Shown here piece after piece: positions 24,214-36,905 of a DNA stretch of 64,000 bases; the first letter of the stretch is position 1; the number at the start of each line of letters is the position of its first letter. This DNA is from Setoptus koraiensis (taxonomy: Eukaryota; Animalia; Arthropoda), in contig CM106585.1 in assembly GCA_048013815.1 (NCBI GenBank), positions 18,352,001-18,416,000 on the forward strand, in the 5' to 3' direction. The notes beneath the pieces are model-generated. The model saw only the letters and a program-made list of their open reading frames with translations. It made no database searches and was not told the DNA's origin. The position numbers were made by a program, and so were the translations under genes.

Positions 24214-26478
24214 TCAATCTTTGTGTACAATAACGTCCTCTTCATTCGCATAATGCTTATCAATGACCTCTTTAATTGTCTTGTTTGCCCCCTTAGGATC
24301 TAGGTCCATTGCCCAAGAAAAATTCATCAATGCCGTGTCTGTATTGCCTTTCTTTTTGTGTACTTTCCCGATTAGAAAATAAACCATAGACTCGTTAGGC
24401 ACTAACTGACGTAGCTCATCCAATTCACGTAATGCATCATCGTCTCTATCAGTGGCGAAATAAATGGTAGCCCTATGAAATTTGCACAATGCATTTTTTG
24501 GATCGTGTTGCAATGCCTTGTCCAAGGTCCTAATAGCCGCCTCGCTTTGTTTGCAGGCGTGCTGGACAACGGCTATGTGACACATGAGAACTGGATTCGT
24601 TGGCGATATCTTCAATGCTTTGCGATGATGTAATTCAGCTTTAGCATACAATTCCTTCTTGTAATATATACAACCTAAGCCATACCAGGCAGTATAATTC
24701 CTAGGGTCAAGTCTTGTGGCTATCTCAAAACACGTCATAGCTTGATCCATTCGCTCCGTATTAACTAATTCATGTCCCAATAGGGTATAAGCGTATGCAA
24801 AATTTGGATCTACCTGTATTGCCCTCTCTAAAAACTTAATTGCTGTTTCATGTTCTTTTTGTAAACTATAACAATTACCTGCAACGCACCACGTCTCAGG
24901 CGACATCTCATCAAATTCACGTAACTCTCTGGCTAGTTTAGATAGAGCCACTTCATTGTGTAGGTGCCACAATGAAGAACTATAATATTCCATCCCCTGT
25001 AATCTGTATGGCTCTAATCTATGCGCCATATCATAGTATTTGACGGATTCCTGATAGTTTGTTTTCTCGTAATAGGCTCGTCCCATACAACATAACACCC
25101 AGCCAGTGTTAAAATGCTTCTCTGGTAGTCCCTTTAATTGTGTTATTGCCTGATCTAATTTGTATTGAGATAGATATTCTAATGCTTTGCCCATGTGAGC
25201 TATTATCTTTAAAAGATCGTCATGAGATGAACTACTGCTTGTGCTGGTCCTTCTAAGTTTCTTGGCTGGTGCATTAATTCCTCCCATTTTAGTGGGAGTC
25301 TTATTGTTTTCTTTGACTGAGAATATAAGTCTAGAACTCCGCCTAGTTGCTATTGGTCTAGCCGGGGGTCTTGTGGGCGCTCTGACAGGAGCTCTGATAG
25401 GTGGCGGAGTAGAACATTGTTGCCAAGTTGATAATTCTACTCTCTCGGATTTTAGTGTGGTAGGAGTGGGTATTATAGACAGTTGATTGTTTGTATTAGG
25501 TATGGGTTGTGGTGGTAATATAGTATTACTAGTATTATTGGTAGTATTATTGTTGTATGCAGTATTGGGTGTAGTAGTATTATCTGTGTAGATTGATGTA
25601 GATTGATTGATTTGTTGATGCTCTTGTTTAGTAATTTGCTGTTGATTAGCCGATTGTTGTAAATTTTGTTGGTGCGGTGGAAGTGGTAGCTGCATCAATT
25701 GTTGTTGTTGTTGCAATTGCGATGAAATAATATTATTATTACTATTGTTTGTAAATTGTGATGAGGTCAGTGTGAGCAATTTATCTGGATTTGTGGATGG
25801 TGATAATTGTGTTAATCTTACAAATGATTTCCATAATATTGGATTACATTTACGAGCAATGCAAAAATATTCTGACGCCTCATTGGATCGTTCGGTTTTA
25901 GAATAGATGTCTGCTATTAATTGTGCGGCAAAGGCTGCTGAATCACTACCAAATTGACTTTCTAATTCTTCTTTAGTATAGGCTCTATGTTGATTATTAT
26001 TGTTATTATTGTTGTTGTTATTAATATTAATATTAAGTGTAATTGAAGTAGGGGACTCCAGATGTTGATGTAAATTATTAGCACCATTAGGAGCGTTAGT
26101 ATTATTTGAAGAGGAGGAAGATGATGAAGTTGTAGTAATAGTAGAAGCAGTATTGGTAGTATTATTATTGGTAGTAGTAATTAATAATGAAGATGTTAAT
26201 GATGATGACGTTGGAAATAGTACATTCTCTGCTTCATAAAATTTTCCAAGATCATAACAGCAACGGGCTAGCAATAAGCGACATTGGGGCGTTCTAAATT
26301 GGGGCGCCTGAGTTAATATCCAATGGGCCGATTTTTTGTTTCCAGATCTGTAATAGCAAGTGGCCAATAGATAGATGCTTTCTTCGTTGGCTACCTCTGC
26401 ATGCAATCGTTCGGCCCAAAAAACGGCACTCTCATAATCGTAATGATTTAATGCCAACCAAATAGCGGCTTGTGTCAT
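24214..26478 (-). CDS. CDC27: Cell division cycle 27 / APC3 (TPR subunit of APC/C), intronless, 754 aa
   Basis: N-terminal QAAIWLALNHYDYESAVFWAERLHAE; TPRs WVLCCMGRAYYE, GMEYYSSSLWHL, PETWCVAGNCYSLQKEHETAIKFLERAIQVDPNFAYAYTLLGHE. First ATG is at 26478; the ORF-track start at 26490 is TTG. Confidence 0.96.
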   Translation of the reverse strand: MTQAAIWLALNHYDYESAVFWAERLHAEVANEESIYLLATCYYRSGNKKSAHWILTQAPQFRTPQCRLLLARCCYDLGKFYEAENVLFPTSSSLTSSLLITTTNNNTTNTASTITTTSSSSSSSNNTNAPNGANNLHQHLESPTSITLNININNNNNNNNNNQHRAYTKEELESQFGSDSAAFAAQLIADIYSKTERSNEASEYFCIARKCNPILWKSFVRLTQLSPSTNPDKLLTLTSSQFTNNSNNNIISSQLQQQQQLMQLPLPPHQQNLQQSANQQQITKQEHQQINQSTSIYTDNTTTPNTAYNNNTTNNTSNTILPPQPIPNTNNQLSIIPTPTTLKSERVELSTWQQCSTPPPIRAPVRAPTRPPARPIATRRSSRLIFSVKENNKTPTKMGGINAPAKKLRRTSTSSSSSHDDLLKIIAHMGKALEYLSQYKLDQAITQLKGLPEKHFNTGWVLCCMGRAYYEKTNYQESVKYYDMAHRLEPYRLQGMEYYSSSLWHLHNEVALSKLARELREFDEMSPETWCVAGNCYSLQKEHETAIKFLERAIQVDPNFAYAYTLLGHELVNTERMDQAMTCFEIATRLDPRNYTAWYGLGCIYYKKELYAKAELHHRKALKISPTNPVLMCHIAVVQHACKQSEAAIRTLDKALQHDPKNALCKFHRATIYFATDRDDDALRELDELRQLVPNESMVYFLIGKVHKKKGNTDTALMNFSWAMDLDPKGANKTIKEVIDKHYANEEDVIVHKD

Positions 26479-27150
26479 TTTGACATACAATGTGAAGGCC
26501 TTTCTTATTCCTTGATGACTGACTTTGATCGTGGGTGATTATGTATTGATATATAATAAAATGGGGGCAGATTTCTGAAGTATGTTGACGGAAATTTGTA
26601 TAGATTAATTCATTTATTTATTTATTTGTACGCGATCGAGAAAAACACACAGATTGTGTTGTTAGCAATGGCGCATTCATTGAGCGCATAGCGCGATTTT
26701 CGAAACATAAATCGATGAAATGATGACTAGAGACTGCCCAAATCTCTCTGGAGCGATGACTAATAACTTGGAAGCAAGTTTTAAGTACAATTGTCTCAAC
26801 ATACTAGTCTAGGCGTTGAATATAGTCTCTTGTTACAAACGATGACTAACGTGAATATCATTGAATGTCGCCAGACAAGGACAACTACTCCTATTGCGCT
26901 CCTATTACCCCCACACTGCTCACTACCTTCACGTCACGAGTGGTTAGACAGTTATCAAGACTTTTGTTTACAAAGGTTGATAACTAATGTGTAACTGCTC
27001 CATATCTCTCCGATTAGCCTTGAATTGAAAATTGTGAGCTCACTGCGAACGATATCAATTTGTGTATCACAGCAGGTATTAAGCAGATTTATTTATACAG
27101 ATTTATTTACATAGTCACATAGACATAGTTACATAGGGCCATGATGTTTG

Positions 27151-29461
27151 TCAACCGGGCCCGGCTGGATCTCGCCAGTCCACCGGCACCAGGCGCCACC
27201 TCTTGCCCCTATTGTTTGGTTTGCAATGCTCCAATTGTATCTTGTTTACTTCGTGGCGACTGGTTGTCGAGTGTAGACACAACTCGCTCAGAATGTGCAC
27301 CAATTGCTCACTGGCCTCATCGTATTGCCAGCGTTGTCTCTTTGATTCTGTACATGGCGCCAGAATGACGGAACGACCCGGAACGGGATCCGAGCCAGAA
27401 TCGAGACAAATACTCTCGTCTGTCATAATGAAACCAGTTGAATTGTCCCAAACAAACAACTGCGGCGAATTGCTGAGACCGAGATGCAATTGGCACTCTC
27501 GCATCTCGATGGCGCCCACAGCCGCCTGGCCCATACCAATCTTGACTGTTGGCCTCTGTATGCACAGACTGCTGTTACTTCCGGCAGTGAGATCGTTTTG
27601 CTGCTGATGATGATGGTGCTCAACCAGTTGTATGTTGCCAAAGAAGCGATTGTCGGTGGGAAAAAAATGTTCGGGCCAAATATTGTCTAGGAACCATCGG
27701 AAATTTTTGCATTTTAATTTATCTCGAATCGTTTTTCTATCCTCTATGCCAATCATGATGTCTCTACTGAGTGAGTTGTTTACGTTGGCCACCGTCTGTG
27801 ACTGTTTGGATTTTTTCGTGAACGCACTAAACACCGGCGACACCGTATAAAAGAAATGTTTCCAATCGTCTATCCAAACTTCGGCGGCTCTCGCCAGATT
27901 TGTATACAATATATCTGCCACCTCTTTGCCTGGCCTGAACGTATATGGCGACGACTTTCTGAAGATGTGCGCAACATGGCTACAGGGAACAATCTCTAGC
28001 TGGCCACCACATTGCCATATCCTCAACGATAGCTCAATGTTTTCGCCGCCCCAAATATCCATGTGTGGATCGTAGCGGCCCAATTCCTCGAAGTACCCCT
28101 TGTCTATGCTGAATAGACCGCCCGCCATCACAGGCGTATGAAAAGGTTGCACTAATTCTGTCATCTTAATAGTGGTCATGTTACTACCATTGCCATCATG
28201 ATTACTATTATTACCGTCGCCATGATGCCCGTTACTATTGACCAATTCTCGCTTACTTATTGGATACCAGCGAAAGTTCATGCCCCAATTGAAGGCGCCC
28301 CAATGTAACTCAAAGCTGCGCGTATAAGCAAATGTATCATCGTTGATAATATCAATTATGGGACAGGCGGCAGTGCGACGATTCAGTCTAATTTGTTCAA
28401 GAAGAGGCTCCAGCCAACCCTGTGTGGCCTCACAATGGGCATCGATAAAGGTGAGCACTTGGCCCTGAGCCTCGTCCACGCCCAACAGTCTGGCCTGGAT
28501 CAAACCGATGCGCTTCTTAGATCTGATTATCCTAATATCGACACCTCTGACACTGGCCAAATTGTTCATGTAGTGATCTAGTGACGGGCCCAAAAATGTT
28601 CTGTTGCTTGCGTCGTCCACCAACAGTATTTCGGCCAACAAGTGTTGCGGCGATGTGTTCAGTACGCTGTGAACTGTTCTAGCCAGCGTAGACCAGGCCT
28701 CATTGTGGAACACAATAATGACGCTGGTATTGGGCAGTCTATTCAAATTGTAATGCATTTTTCGACAGGACAACTTTCTAGAGTCGGGCAATTTTCTGTC
28801 TACAGATATCTTGTCGCTGGCCGCTAAATTGAATCTATTTATGGCGTACAACATCTTTAATTGTTCCTCTGGATAACCGGGCAAATAGACTGGTTGGCCC
28901 ATCTTTCCGCTGTTGGTGTCGGGATCATAATTGTTTGAGTTGAGCACCGCATCGCTTATGTTTGCCGCGGTCATACTCGACCAGGCCGGGTTAGGTCCGA
29001 CGTACTGTTCGATCGTTGATGAAATGATGCAACGGTTAATCATGAGTTGCGCGATTACGTAACGGAGAGCATACAATCGATACAATTTGTACAATTGATA
29101 CAATCTGTACAATTGATGCAATGTAATGCTGTCGAGTCTTGGTTCATCGTGTGTAGACACTACTCACCCTGCCTATTATTGTGCGCAATGTGACCCTCTC
29201 GGGCCGCTTGATCGAATGCAACTGAGACAACTTATCCGCTTCGGATTGTCTCCCGTTATTGTGCGATGATGTTAATTTGTGGTGGATGAATGTCAGCAAT
29301 AGCAATATTGTCAATAGTAACAAGAATAGAATCAGTTTTGATTTGCGGCGTATATTACGCAGCAGTATCCTCCATGAACGTGGCCATGTTCTTGATTGGT
29401 GATGGGTCACGTGGGAAGAGGAGTAATGACTAGGCAACAGTCCCGACTTTGAGGACAGCAT
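27151..29461 (-). CDS. GALNT: Polypeptide N-acetylgalactosaminyltransferase (GT27 with ricin-B lectin), complement(join(27151..29004,29168..29461)), 715 aa
   Basis: Type II TM ILFLLLLTILLLLTFI in exon 1; phase-0 intron 29167..29005 (gtgagt..cag); SVIIVFHNEAWSTLARTVHSV, EILLVDDAS, FIDAHCE (DxH), GLFSIDKGYFEELGRYDPHMDIWGGENIELS; lectin QRWQY repeats. Subfamily not assigned. Confidence 0.95.
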
Positions 29462-30793
29462 TTTATTGACTGATGCAATTGAATAATTGGTTTAGATAAT
29501 ATTTCTATGTTCAAATATTGAATATTCTAATGGATTGTTATCGCTGATTTTATAAATGCATTTGTATTCTCGTTGTTTTGCAACAGCCTCACTGAAACAT
29601 GATGATTTACTTGTTCCGACGTCATTGTAAACGAATAATGCTTGCCTTTTATGATGCTGATGATGTAAATGAGTATCAAAACACAATATTACGACAGCGT
29701 TGATACATGTAGCTACATATTTTTGTTCGTCTATTATGGTAAAGCCAGTGCGACTCTCATGATGTAACAACAACAACAACAGGTTGTCATAGCTGTGGGT
29801 TACACCTACGAGACCAAGAGAAGAAGAATATTGTTACGTGAAGAGAGTAACATGGAAAGAACAACAAGTTCAATGACTGTTGCTGCTTGTGTTGGATGCT
29901 GAGAAAAACCTGTTACCTGTGTTGAGCTATCCCCAACAGCGGACCACGTTGCGACTTGGCAGCGACAATCGTCCAGTGACCACAAGAAAGCCGTGGACAC
30001 GGCTGCGATCCATTCAAATTACATAGTACCCTGACACCTTGTTCTCACCCTTGTCAGACGTTTGTCAACATTGCCAACAGACAAAATCAATCATACGAGA
30101 ATCCGTTCTCGATCAACAATGGTCTAACAACATTGTGAGGGCTTCTTATGGGAAGCATCGATTGCCAATTCTGGCTGTGGCTCGAAATAATCAACAATAA
30201 TCTGTCTGGCTCATTTGCTAGTGACTACGGTATGAGAGACACACGCTCAGCAATACAATTCGCACTGACCAGAGGAATGCTTTTGACTGATCAACGAGTG
30301 AGGCCGAAGAGGAAATTGGCTAACCTGACCTCTGATGGATGCCCCATGTTCGAGCTTATCCGAAATATTTGCTGTGCATCAATCAGTTGCATAAAGTAGA
30401 GAGAAATCTTCAAAAGACCCTACTCGCGAGTCGCAATGTAAACAGTTTCATTGGTGAATACTCAGCACGACCCAGTTCACTCTAGGCCGGCCCTCTGTAC
30501 AACCGACGGTGAAATGAATTTTTCATTTATATTCGTTCGACGGCATCCAATAGACAATTACCGGCCAACTGTTTGCACAGATAGCTGATGGAATCTTTGT
30601 GTGGCGCCAAAGAACCTCTTGAAATTGTTGTTGCTGGAGCCTGCATTTCTCCACTACTATCGAACGTCTATCAACTTGTATTGAATCTGCTAAATGTCAA
30701 ATGACTCAATGTCTCGTTTCAAACCACACATTGAGCACGAGCGCGAAAAGTTCTCGCTGCCAACAAAAGTTTGGTCCGCTATCGGTATGAGGG

Positions 30794-30801
30794 TATATAA
30801 A
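30794..30801 (+). promoter_or_regulatory. TATA box upstream of the small zinc-finger ORF
   Basis: TATATAAA followed by GGG, about 165 nt upstream of ATG 30960. Confidence 0.45.
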
Positions 30802-30959
30802 GGGGAAAATTCACACCATTCTCACCAGTCTATCATCAACGAACCATGCAAGTAACTTCGTAATTTTAATTAACACACGTACCATTCTCTGCTAATCAGT
30901 TATAATTTGTCAAAGATCAGATAAAATCAGATTCATTTTATTCTTTGAACGCTTCAACA

Positions 30960-31256
30960 ATGGCTAAACCTCGATGTCATGTGTGTAAGGTTGAAATTAG
31001 GTTGAAGAAAGACATTCGAAAGTATTTTAATGGCAAATTTGTACACCATACATGCCATGGAAGATTGGAAGCATATTCAGAGTTCGCATTCAAACGTGAT
31101 ATGTGGAAAATAGTCGAAGAAGAACGAGAAGCTAAGCCAGAGGACAGAAAGATTATCAGTCCGCTGGAGTTTTCTCCGGCGCACTCAACCAGGCGAAGGA
31201 TGAGTGAATCAGCTCTGGAATCCTCCATTGGTTCAGTGAATTCAAGCATTAGCTGA
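30960..31256 (+). CDS. Small orphan protein (98 aa) with a single CxxC-x19-HxxC (half-LIM-like) zinc finger
   Basis: caacaATGg start; RCHVCKVEIRLKKDIRKYFNGKFVHHTC; upstream TATA; charged Ser-rich tail. Confidence 0.55.
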   Translation: MAKPRCHVCKVEIRLKKDIRKYFNGKFVHHTCHGRLEAYSEFAFKRDMWKIVEEEREAKPEDRKIISPLEFSPAHSTRRRMSESALESSIGSVNSSIS

Positions 31257-31582
31257 TGTGATTTCAGCGTCCTTGGAAATCCGGCGATCATCCTAGCTGC
31301 CTGGAAGATCGCCTGTTATTCGGAGTTGTTTCGCATCGAATCAGAGCAAGAATCACGTGTAGAGAAACAAATCACATAATCAGACACAGTCTCTATGAAA
31401 ACTGAATCCGAAAGAACAGTAGTTTGTGAGTTCTTTCATGCCTGCACCAGTCAGATTGAAAAATTTCTAACTAATGTTAAATAAAAAATAACAATAAACG
31501 CGACATTGGTCGTAAGAAAAAATATTTTGTCCTGGCTAGGCCACTATAATCTATCACTTTTGTTTTACATACGAGCATCTCG

Positions 31583-33301
31583 TTAATTCATCTTGGACTT
31601 GTACATGTGTTTAGCAAATTTCACTAATGTCACTTCATACTGGAAGAGTACATAGAGAAGTGCTAGCATGGATACAAAACCTGCTAACATGTGTAACATT
31701 ATTAAGTCAATACGTTGCAAGTGTAGCAAATAGTATTGCGATACATTGAGTATCAAGAATATCATAGAACAACATATAAGTGTTTCTCGTTCTGGCAATA
31801 AATCTTGTAGCTTCAAATTGGTTTGATGCCTCTGAAAATAGGACCTTATTTGTCTGTAACTGAACAATATCCTGGATGACATATTTAGGCAGTTGGCAAA
31901 TATAAAACAGGCACTGCCTAATATCCATTGAGTTAGAAAGACTGACATGAGGAAGATGAGTGTAAATATAACCAATAAATAACTATGATTTTTTATCTCT
32001 GACTGATTCATGATGGCGAATGTAAAACATTCGGTGACTCCATTCAGAGCCAAGAATGGCATCGAAAATAGATGCCATCGCATAAGATTGAAAGCCACTG
32101 AATTGTTGAGTTTGTCTCCTGCATAGAAGGCTATGAATGGCGAATAGTTGAAGCCAAACACAAATACCACTAAGCCAACAATGATCATCACCTTGATTAG
32201 TGTTATTAGATTCTTTTCAACTTTCTCAAATTGAGCCTTGTCCAGTATTTCGTTTCGTTTAACTAGCTGAGAGAAATAGGCGAAACCACTGTCTTCGATG
32301 GGCCTGAAAATAAGTCTCACCACAAGACCGCCCAAGTTACTGACCACATCATAGATACCTTGATCGGGCAACGAAATCAAATCAAATATTGTCATAATAT
32401 ATCGTTCTCCTTCTGTCAAGATTTGTTTTAAGACAGTCTGGCCCATGAAGCTGCAACTGAGCCAAAAGCTTGACATATCGAATAAGGCGCTAATACCTTT
32501 CTCGTCCTCAACGGATTGTTGTTTTTTGTTAGTCTTATTGACTCTGTTCCTATCAACGGATTTTTGTCTATTAAACCTGGACAACTTCGAGGTGTCATTT
32601 GTTCCGGATGATTGCTGAGACCTAATAGAGAATTGCGGCATGAGCAATGCTAAATTAGTTTGTCGTTTGTACACAAGAAACCAAAAAGAGGCTCCGACAG
32701 CCGCTGCCGAAGCCATAAGATGGCAAGTTGCTATGCAGGTCAGTATCATTGGTGGGTCAACAAAAGTCACGAATGCCGTCAGGAAGCATTTAATAAATAT
32801 AGACAATGCTTCAACAGACGGATTCAGGCCAACATATGACATTGTTTGTGAGTATATGTAACACGGCTCGGATACCATTTCCAAGATGGCACATGAACAC
32901 GTGATCAACACTGCAATTTTGTAGTCCAACACAGAGGTGCCAATCAGATCATTGGCACTAGGTATCATGTAAGATTGCCAGTAGTGGCCTAAAATTAGTG
33001 CTAGGGTCAGCGACAGTGGGAATCCGATCCATATAACATTGACTATTTTGTTCCATGGTCGGGAAGAATTGGCGGCTTCACCCAGACAGGCCCTCCTGAA
33101 TGGTTCCCTTGATATAAATTGTAGCGTAGTGTACAGAAGAGCAAGGCGAACATTAACAATACCCAATATGGAGGTTGACTTGTAATATTTCAATGTGATG
33201 GCTCCCAGAATGAAAGTCATGGACCGACTCAAAAACTGCACAATAATATTGTAGAGCACCGAGCGGCTTGCAGCTCTGGCCAACTGAGTGGTGGGCATCA
33301 T
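31583..33301 (-). CDS. RFT1: RFT1 (Man5GlcNAc2-PP-Dol translocation protein), intronless, 572 aa
   Basis: GIVNVRLALLYTTLQFISREPFRRACL, LKQILTEGERY, QGIYDVVSNLGGLVVRLIFRPIEDS, FLALNGVTECF; multiple TM segments. Confidence 0.95.
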   Translation of the reverse strand: MMPTTQLARAASRSVLYNIIVQFLSRSMTFILGAITLKYYKSTSILGIVNVRLALLYTTLQFISREPFRRACLGEAANSSRPWNKIVNVIWIGFPLSLTLALILGHYWQSYMIPSANDLIGTSVLDYKIAVLITCSCAILEMVSEPCYIYSQTMSYVGLNPSVEALSIFIKCFLTAFVTFVDPPMILTCIATCHLMASAAAVGASFWFLVYKRQTNLALLMPQFSIRSQQSSGTNDTSKLSRFNRQKSVDRNRVNKTNKKQQSVEDEKGISALFDMSSFWLSCSFMGQTVLKQILTEGERYIMTIFDLISLPDQGIYDVVSNLGGLVVRLIFRPIEDSGFAYFSQLVKRNEILDKAQFEKVEKNLITLIKVMIIVGLVVFVFGFNYSPFIAFYAGDKLNNSVAFNLMRWHLFSMPFLALNGVTECFTFAIMNQSEIKNHSYLLVIFTLIFLMSVFLTQWILGSACFIFANCLNMSSRILFSYRQIRSYFQRHQTNLKLQDLLPERETLICCSMIFLILNVSQYYLLHLQRIDLIMLHMLAGFVSMLALLYVLFQYEVTLVKFAKHMYKSKMN

Positions 33302-33918
33302 GGACTGTGTTCTCTCTTCCTTTGTCTTCTGGCTGTTGGTTGCAATAATATATTGATATATATATATTGATTTTTTAATAAAAATCTCACCCGTGACGAA
33401 TAGTCAAATCATTGAGTATACCTTTCAGACTTGGTTGCGATTTTGTTCTTGTAAAACGTTAAATCCATGGCTATTTTGAGTTTATCCCAGTCGCATTGGC
33501 GTGCTTGTAATTTGCATAGAAATCGAATGCTGTGATTTAGTGGAACACTCTGGTAGTTTCTGATTTTGTAAGTATTTGGCATTGAATAGAGACCAACATT
33601 ATTAATTGAACAAATTCATTAATAATGAAGGTTTGTCAAGCAGAGATTATGTGGAGCCATTCGTGCAAGTGACACGTTTCCAACACAACAGACCATGTGT
33701 TTTGCTTATGCACTCCCAAACATATGATTTTGCTGAAGACGAAAACTTGCACCCTGTATTTCACATATTAAGGCGTATTTAATAGGCTAACACGGCTGGA
33801 CTAAGCGCACTATTTTGATGTTGCCATCATGGTTACGTAATTTCTCCTTGTTATCAACCAATCAACAAACCACCTGTCAAAAAGTGACAATCGAGTTTTT
33901 GTCGGCAGAAACATTCTC

Positions 33919-36098
33919 ATGTTGACAGGTAATATTGTGACAGTAAGTACAATAATCTGTTAAGCTCTTGGGCAAATTTAGTTAATAATCAATGTCCTGA
34001 CCATTATCGGGCAGTAAATTTATCTGTAGAGTGAGATTCGGGAAGACAACAATAGACAATCGCCCAGATATCAATAGGTAGTCTTGAACAATATACTCCA
34101 TTCCGGCCCAATAAAAGACTATTGGCAACATCCAGCAACATGTCTCGGTTCACGTCCTCCACCTACCAGTACCTACAACAAAGCAAGATAGCCACTGATA
34201 AATTTCAGCGGTCACTAATGAGATTAAAGATTCCGAACCTGGCCAAGACTTGCGAACGATATGTGGCCGCTCTGGAACCTGTATTTGGATCCCAAGAACA
34301 ACATAGAAAACAGTTTGATCAAACCAAGAGGAATGCCCAACAATTTCAGCAGGGCATCGGAAAACAATTACACGATAGGCTAGTGCAATACGACAAATCA
34401 GTCAAACATTCAAGTTACATCAATGAGTTCTGGTACGATATGTATCTGTCGTGTCGCTCGCCGTTACCATTGAATTTTAATCCATTCCTGGCCTGGAAAG
34501 ATCAAGACAACAGTGCCGGTTTGAATGATCAACTGGTTAGAAGTACCAACTTTCTAATAAGTGCAATGCGTTTCAAGAGATCCTTAGAAGAGAACGTTCT
34601 CGAGCCAGAGTTGTATCACCTTAATCCAAAGAAGACAGCCAATTCCAATTTATACAAATCATTCATGAGTGCCGTACCTAACTCGATCGCAACCTATGCC
34701 TCTATGGCGTTCAAGGTATTTCCGCTTGATATGAGCCAGTATAAGAATTTGTTCAATTCTACCAGAATACCACTTGTTGGTAAGGACTCAGTTGTTAAGT
34801 TTGATCCCAAGTCCAATAGACATATAGCTGTTTTGAGTCGAGGCCAATTCTTCTCGTTCGATCTGCTGGATAGTCAAGGAAATATTCACTCGCCACAGCA
34901 CATTTATTCCTGTTTGAAGTATATAAAGAATTTACCGGCAAGCAATAAACAACCCACGGATAACACTATAACTTATTTATCCACTGCAAACAGGGATTTT
35001 TGGGCCAAAGAGAGGGAGCATTTGATTGGTTTGTCGGAGAAAAACAAGAGCAATCTAGCCAAGCTGGACTCTGCAATATTTGTCTTATGCTTGGATGATG
35101 AAACCTTTTCGGAGGACCAAGAGATTCAGGGTGCACACAACTTTTTGCATGGAGCCAATCCAACTAAACCACTCAACAGGTGGTTCGATAAATCTTTCTC
35201 GTTAATTGTCACCCAGGATGGACATGCGGCAATTAATTTCGAGCATAGCTGGGGCGATGGAGTTGCGGTATTGCGATTCTTCACAGATGTCTATAATGAT
35301 ACTACAAACAATGCTCAAGTAAGCTCATTAGACGAGGCAAAAACATTCCCAGATGCCGGTGCTGATCTGATAGAATCATTGAGTTTCGACTTGGATAAAC
35401 GATTGAAAAGCGCTGTTGAGAAGTCTCGACAAGAACATTTGAGTTCAACGGGAGATTTGGATTTAAATGCAGTTAAATACAAGACACTTGACAGGAGCTA
35501 CTTCAAGAATCACAAACTAAGTCCTGACTCCATGTTCCAGTTGAGCTTTCAATTGGCCTACTACAGACTATTCAACAAGACCCCAGTGTCATATGAATCC
35601 TGCTCTACGGCGGCCTTTAGAGGGGGCAGAACAGAAACGGTAAGGCCGGCCACCAAGGAAACAAAGCTTGCCGTCGAAACAATTCTTTCTAGTAAATCAC
35701 GCTCTCACAGTGAACTGAAGGGTCTTCTGTCGCAATGTTCCACTAAACACTATCAATTATGTAAAGAGGCCTCAATGGGCGATGGTTTCGATCGTCACTT
35801 GTTTGCTCTGAAAGAAATGGCCCTGAGAAACAATGTTAAACTGCCAGAATTCTATGAGGATCCCCTATACGGCTTGAGTCAGCATTTCACATTGTCCACT
35901 TCTACCCTGTATGGTGAATGTTTTTCAGGTGGAGGTTTTGCGCCAGTAGTTAAAGACGGCTTCGGTCTTGGTTATGGTTATGTGGATAGCTCATTTGGTG
36001 TATTGGTGTCAAGTTATAAGAAACAAAATGACGGCCGACAACTTGCTCAAGCTCTCGAACAATCCTTGGATGACATAAGAAAGATAGTTGAGGTATAA
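33919..36098 (+). CDS. CPT2: Carnitine O-palmitoyltransferase 2; probable join(33919..33942,34068..36098), 684 aa
   Basis: FQRSLMRLKIPNL..CERY, NRWFDKSF, INFEHSWGDGVAVLRF (catalytic His), YESCSTAAFRGGRTETVR, GFDRHLFAL, GGFAPVVKDGFGLGY. The 8-codon first exon (gtaagt..cccag intron, phase 0) is inferred and less certain than the body. Confidence 0.94.
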
Positions 36099-36560
36099 TG
36101 AAATAAATTGTCTCAATCATGTCTGTCTGTCTGTCTGATCGGTTTTCGGCCAACTTTGGTCAAGGGGTACTCAGATGACTTGGCCCTCCTTTGATACTTT
36201 TGATGATACATGTTCAATTGTTGCCCACAGCAATAACAATCTTATAGAATAATAAAATATTGGCGACATTTAAATGAAGCAGAATAGAAATCATACTCAT
36301 AAACTAATTTTCAGGACTCAGAGATTAGATCATTCATGCAAACTCTCTTAGGACTGCTCTGTTAGGAGGGCATGTCTCGCATCTACTGGATTTCCGTTCG
36401 AAAGGCAAGCTACAAACGATAGTAAATCACTGCTGATAAGTCAAGCGAAGCCCTATCAATCAAGCCGAAAAACATCCTGCTGAACCTGACAAGAGAATCA
36501 ATATCTGGAGAAGTTTCTGTTTACTCTGGAACGCCAGAAGTGGAATATGGTCTAAAATGT

Positions 36561-36905
36561 TTATTGTTTATTGTCACTTTTACTGACTGGAAATAGATCA
36601 GCTAGCTTTTGTATGACATTTCTGAATTTGTCTCCAACTTCGCTCAATTTCTCTGCCACGGTTTTTTCGTCGGGAAGATCAAACTTGAAATGCTGATCGA
36701 GATCGACGTCTTCACCAAAGAGTTTCTTAGCGTTCTCATCGGCCAGCTCCTTTTGTTTTTGGGCGACAGCTTCGGCATCGTCGGCATCAACGCCAAAGTA
36801 GCTTGGTGCTTGAGTTGTGCCGTCATCGTTGGCATTAGCGATCTGAGCCACGGCCAATAAGCAACAGGCTACAACTATCATCATCATGACTAATTTTGAA
36901 TCCAT
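36561..36905 (-). CDS. Orphan secreted acidic protein A1 (114 aa)
   Basis: ATG start; signal-peptide-like MDSKLVMMMIVVACCLLAVAQIANA; acidic, probably helical mature part; TATAAA on the - strand at 37027..37022. Confidence 0.8.
   Translation of the reverse strand: MDSKLVMMMIVVACCLLAVAQIANANDDGTTQAPSYFGVDADDAEAVAQKQKELADENAKKLFGEDVDLDQHFKFDLPDEKTVAEKLSEVGDKFRNVIQKLADLFPVSKSDNKQ

Noticed and set aside
25190-26230. Large N/T/Q-rich insertion in CDC27
   Set aside because: CDC27 normally has a disordered linker between its TPR blocks; the expansion is unremarkable here.
29492-30400. Short ORFs between GALNT and the zinc-finger ORF
   Set aside because: No recognisable motifs, non-ATG starts or weak coding appearance.
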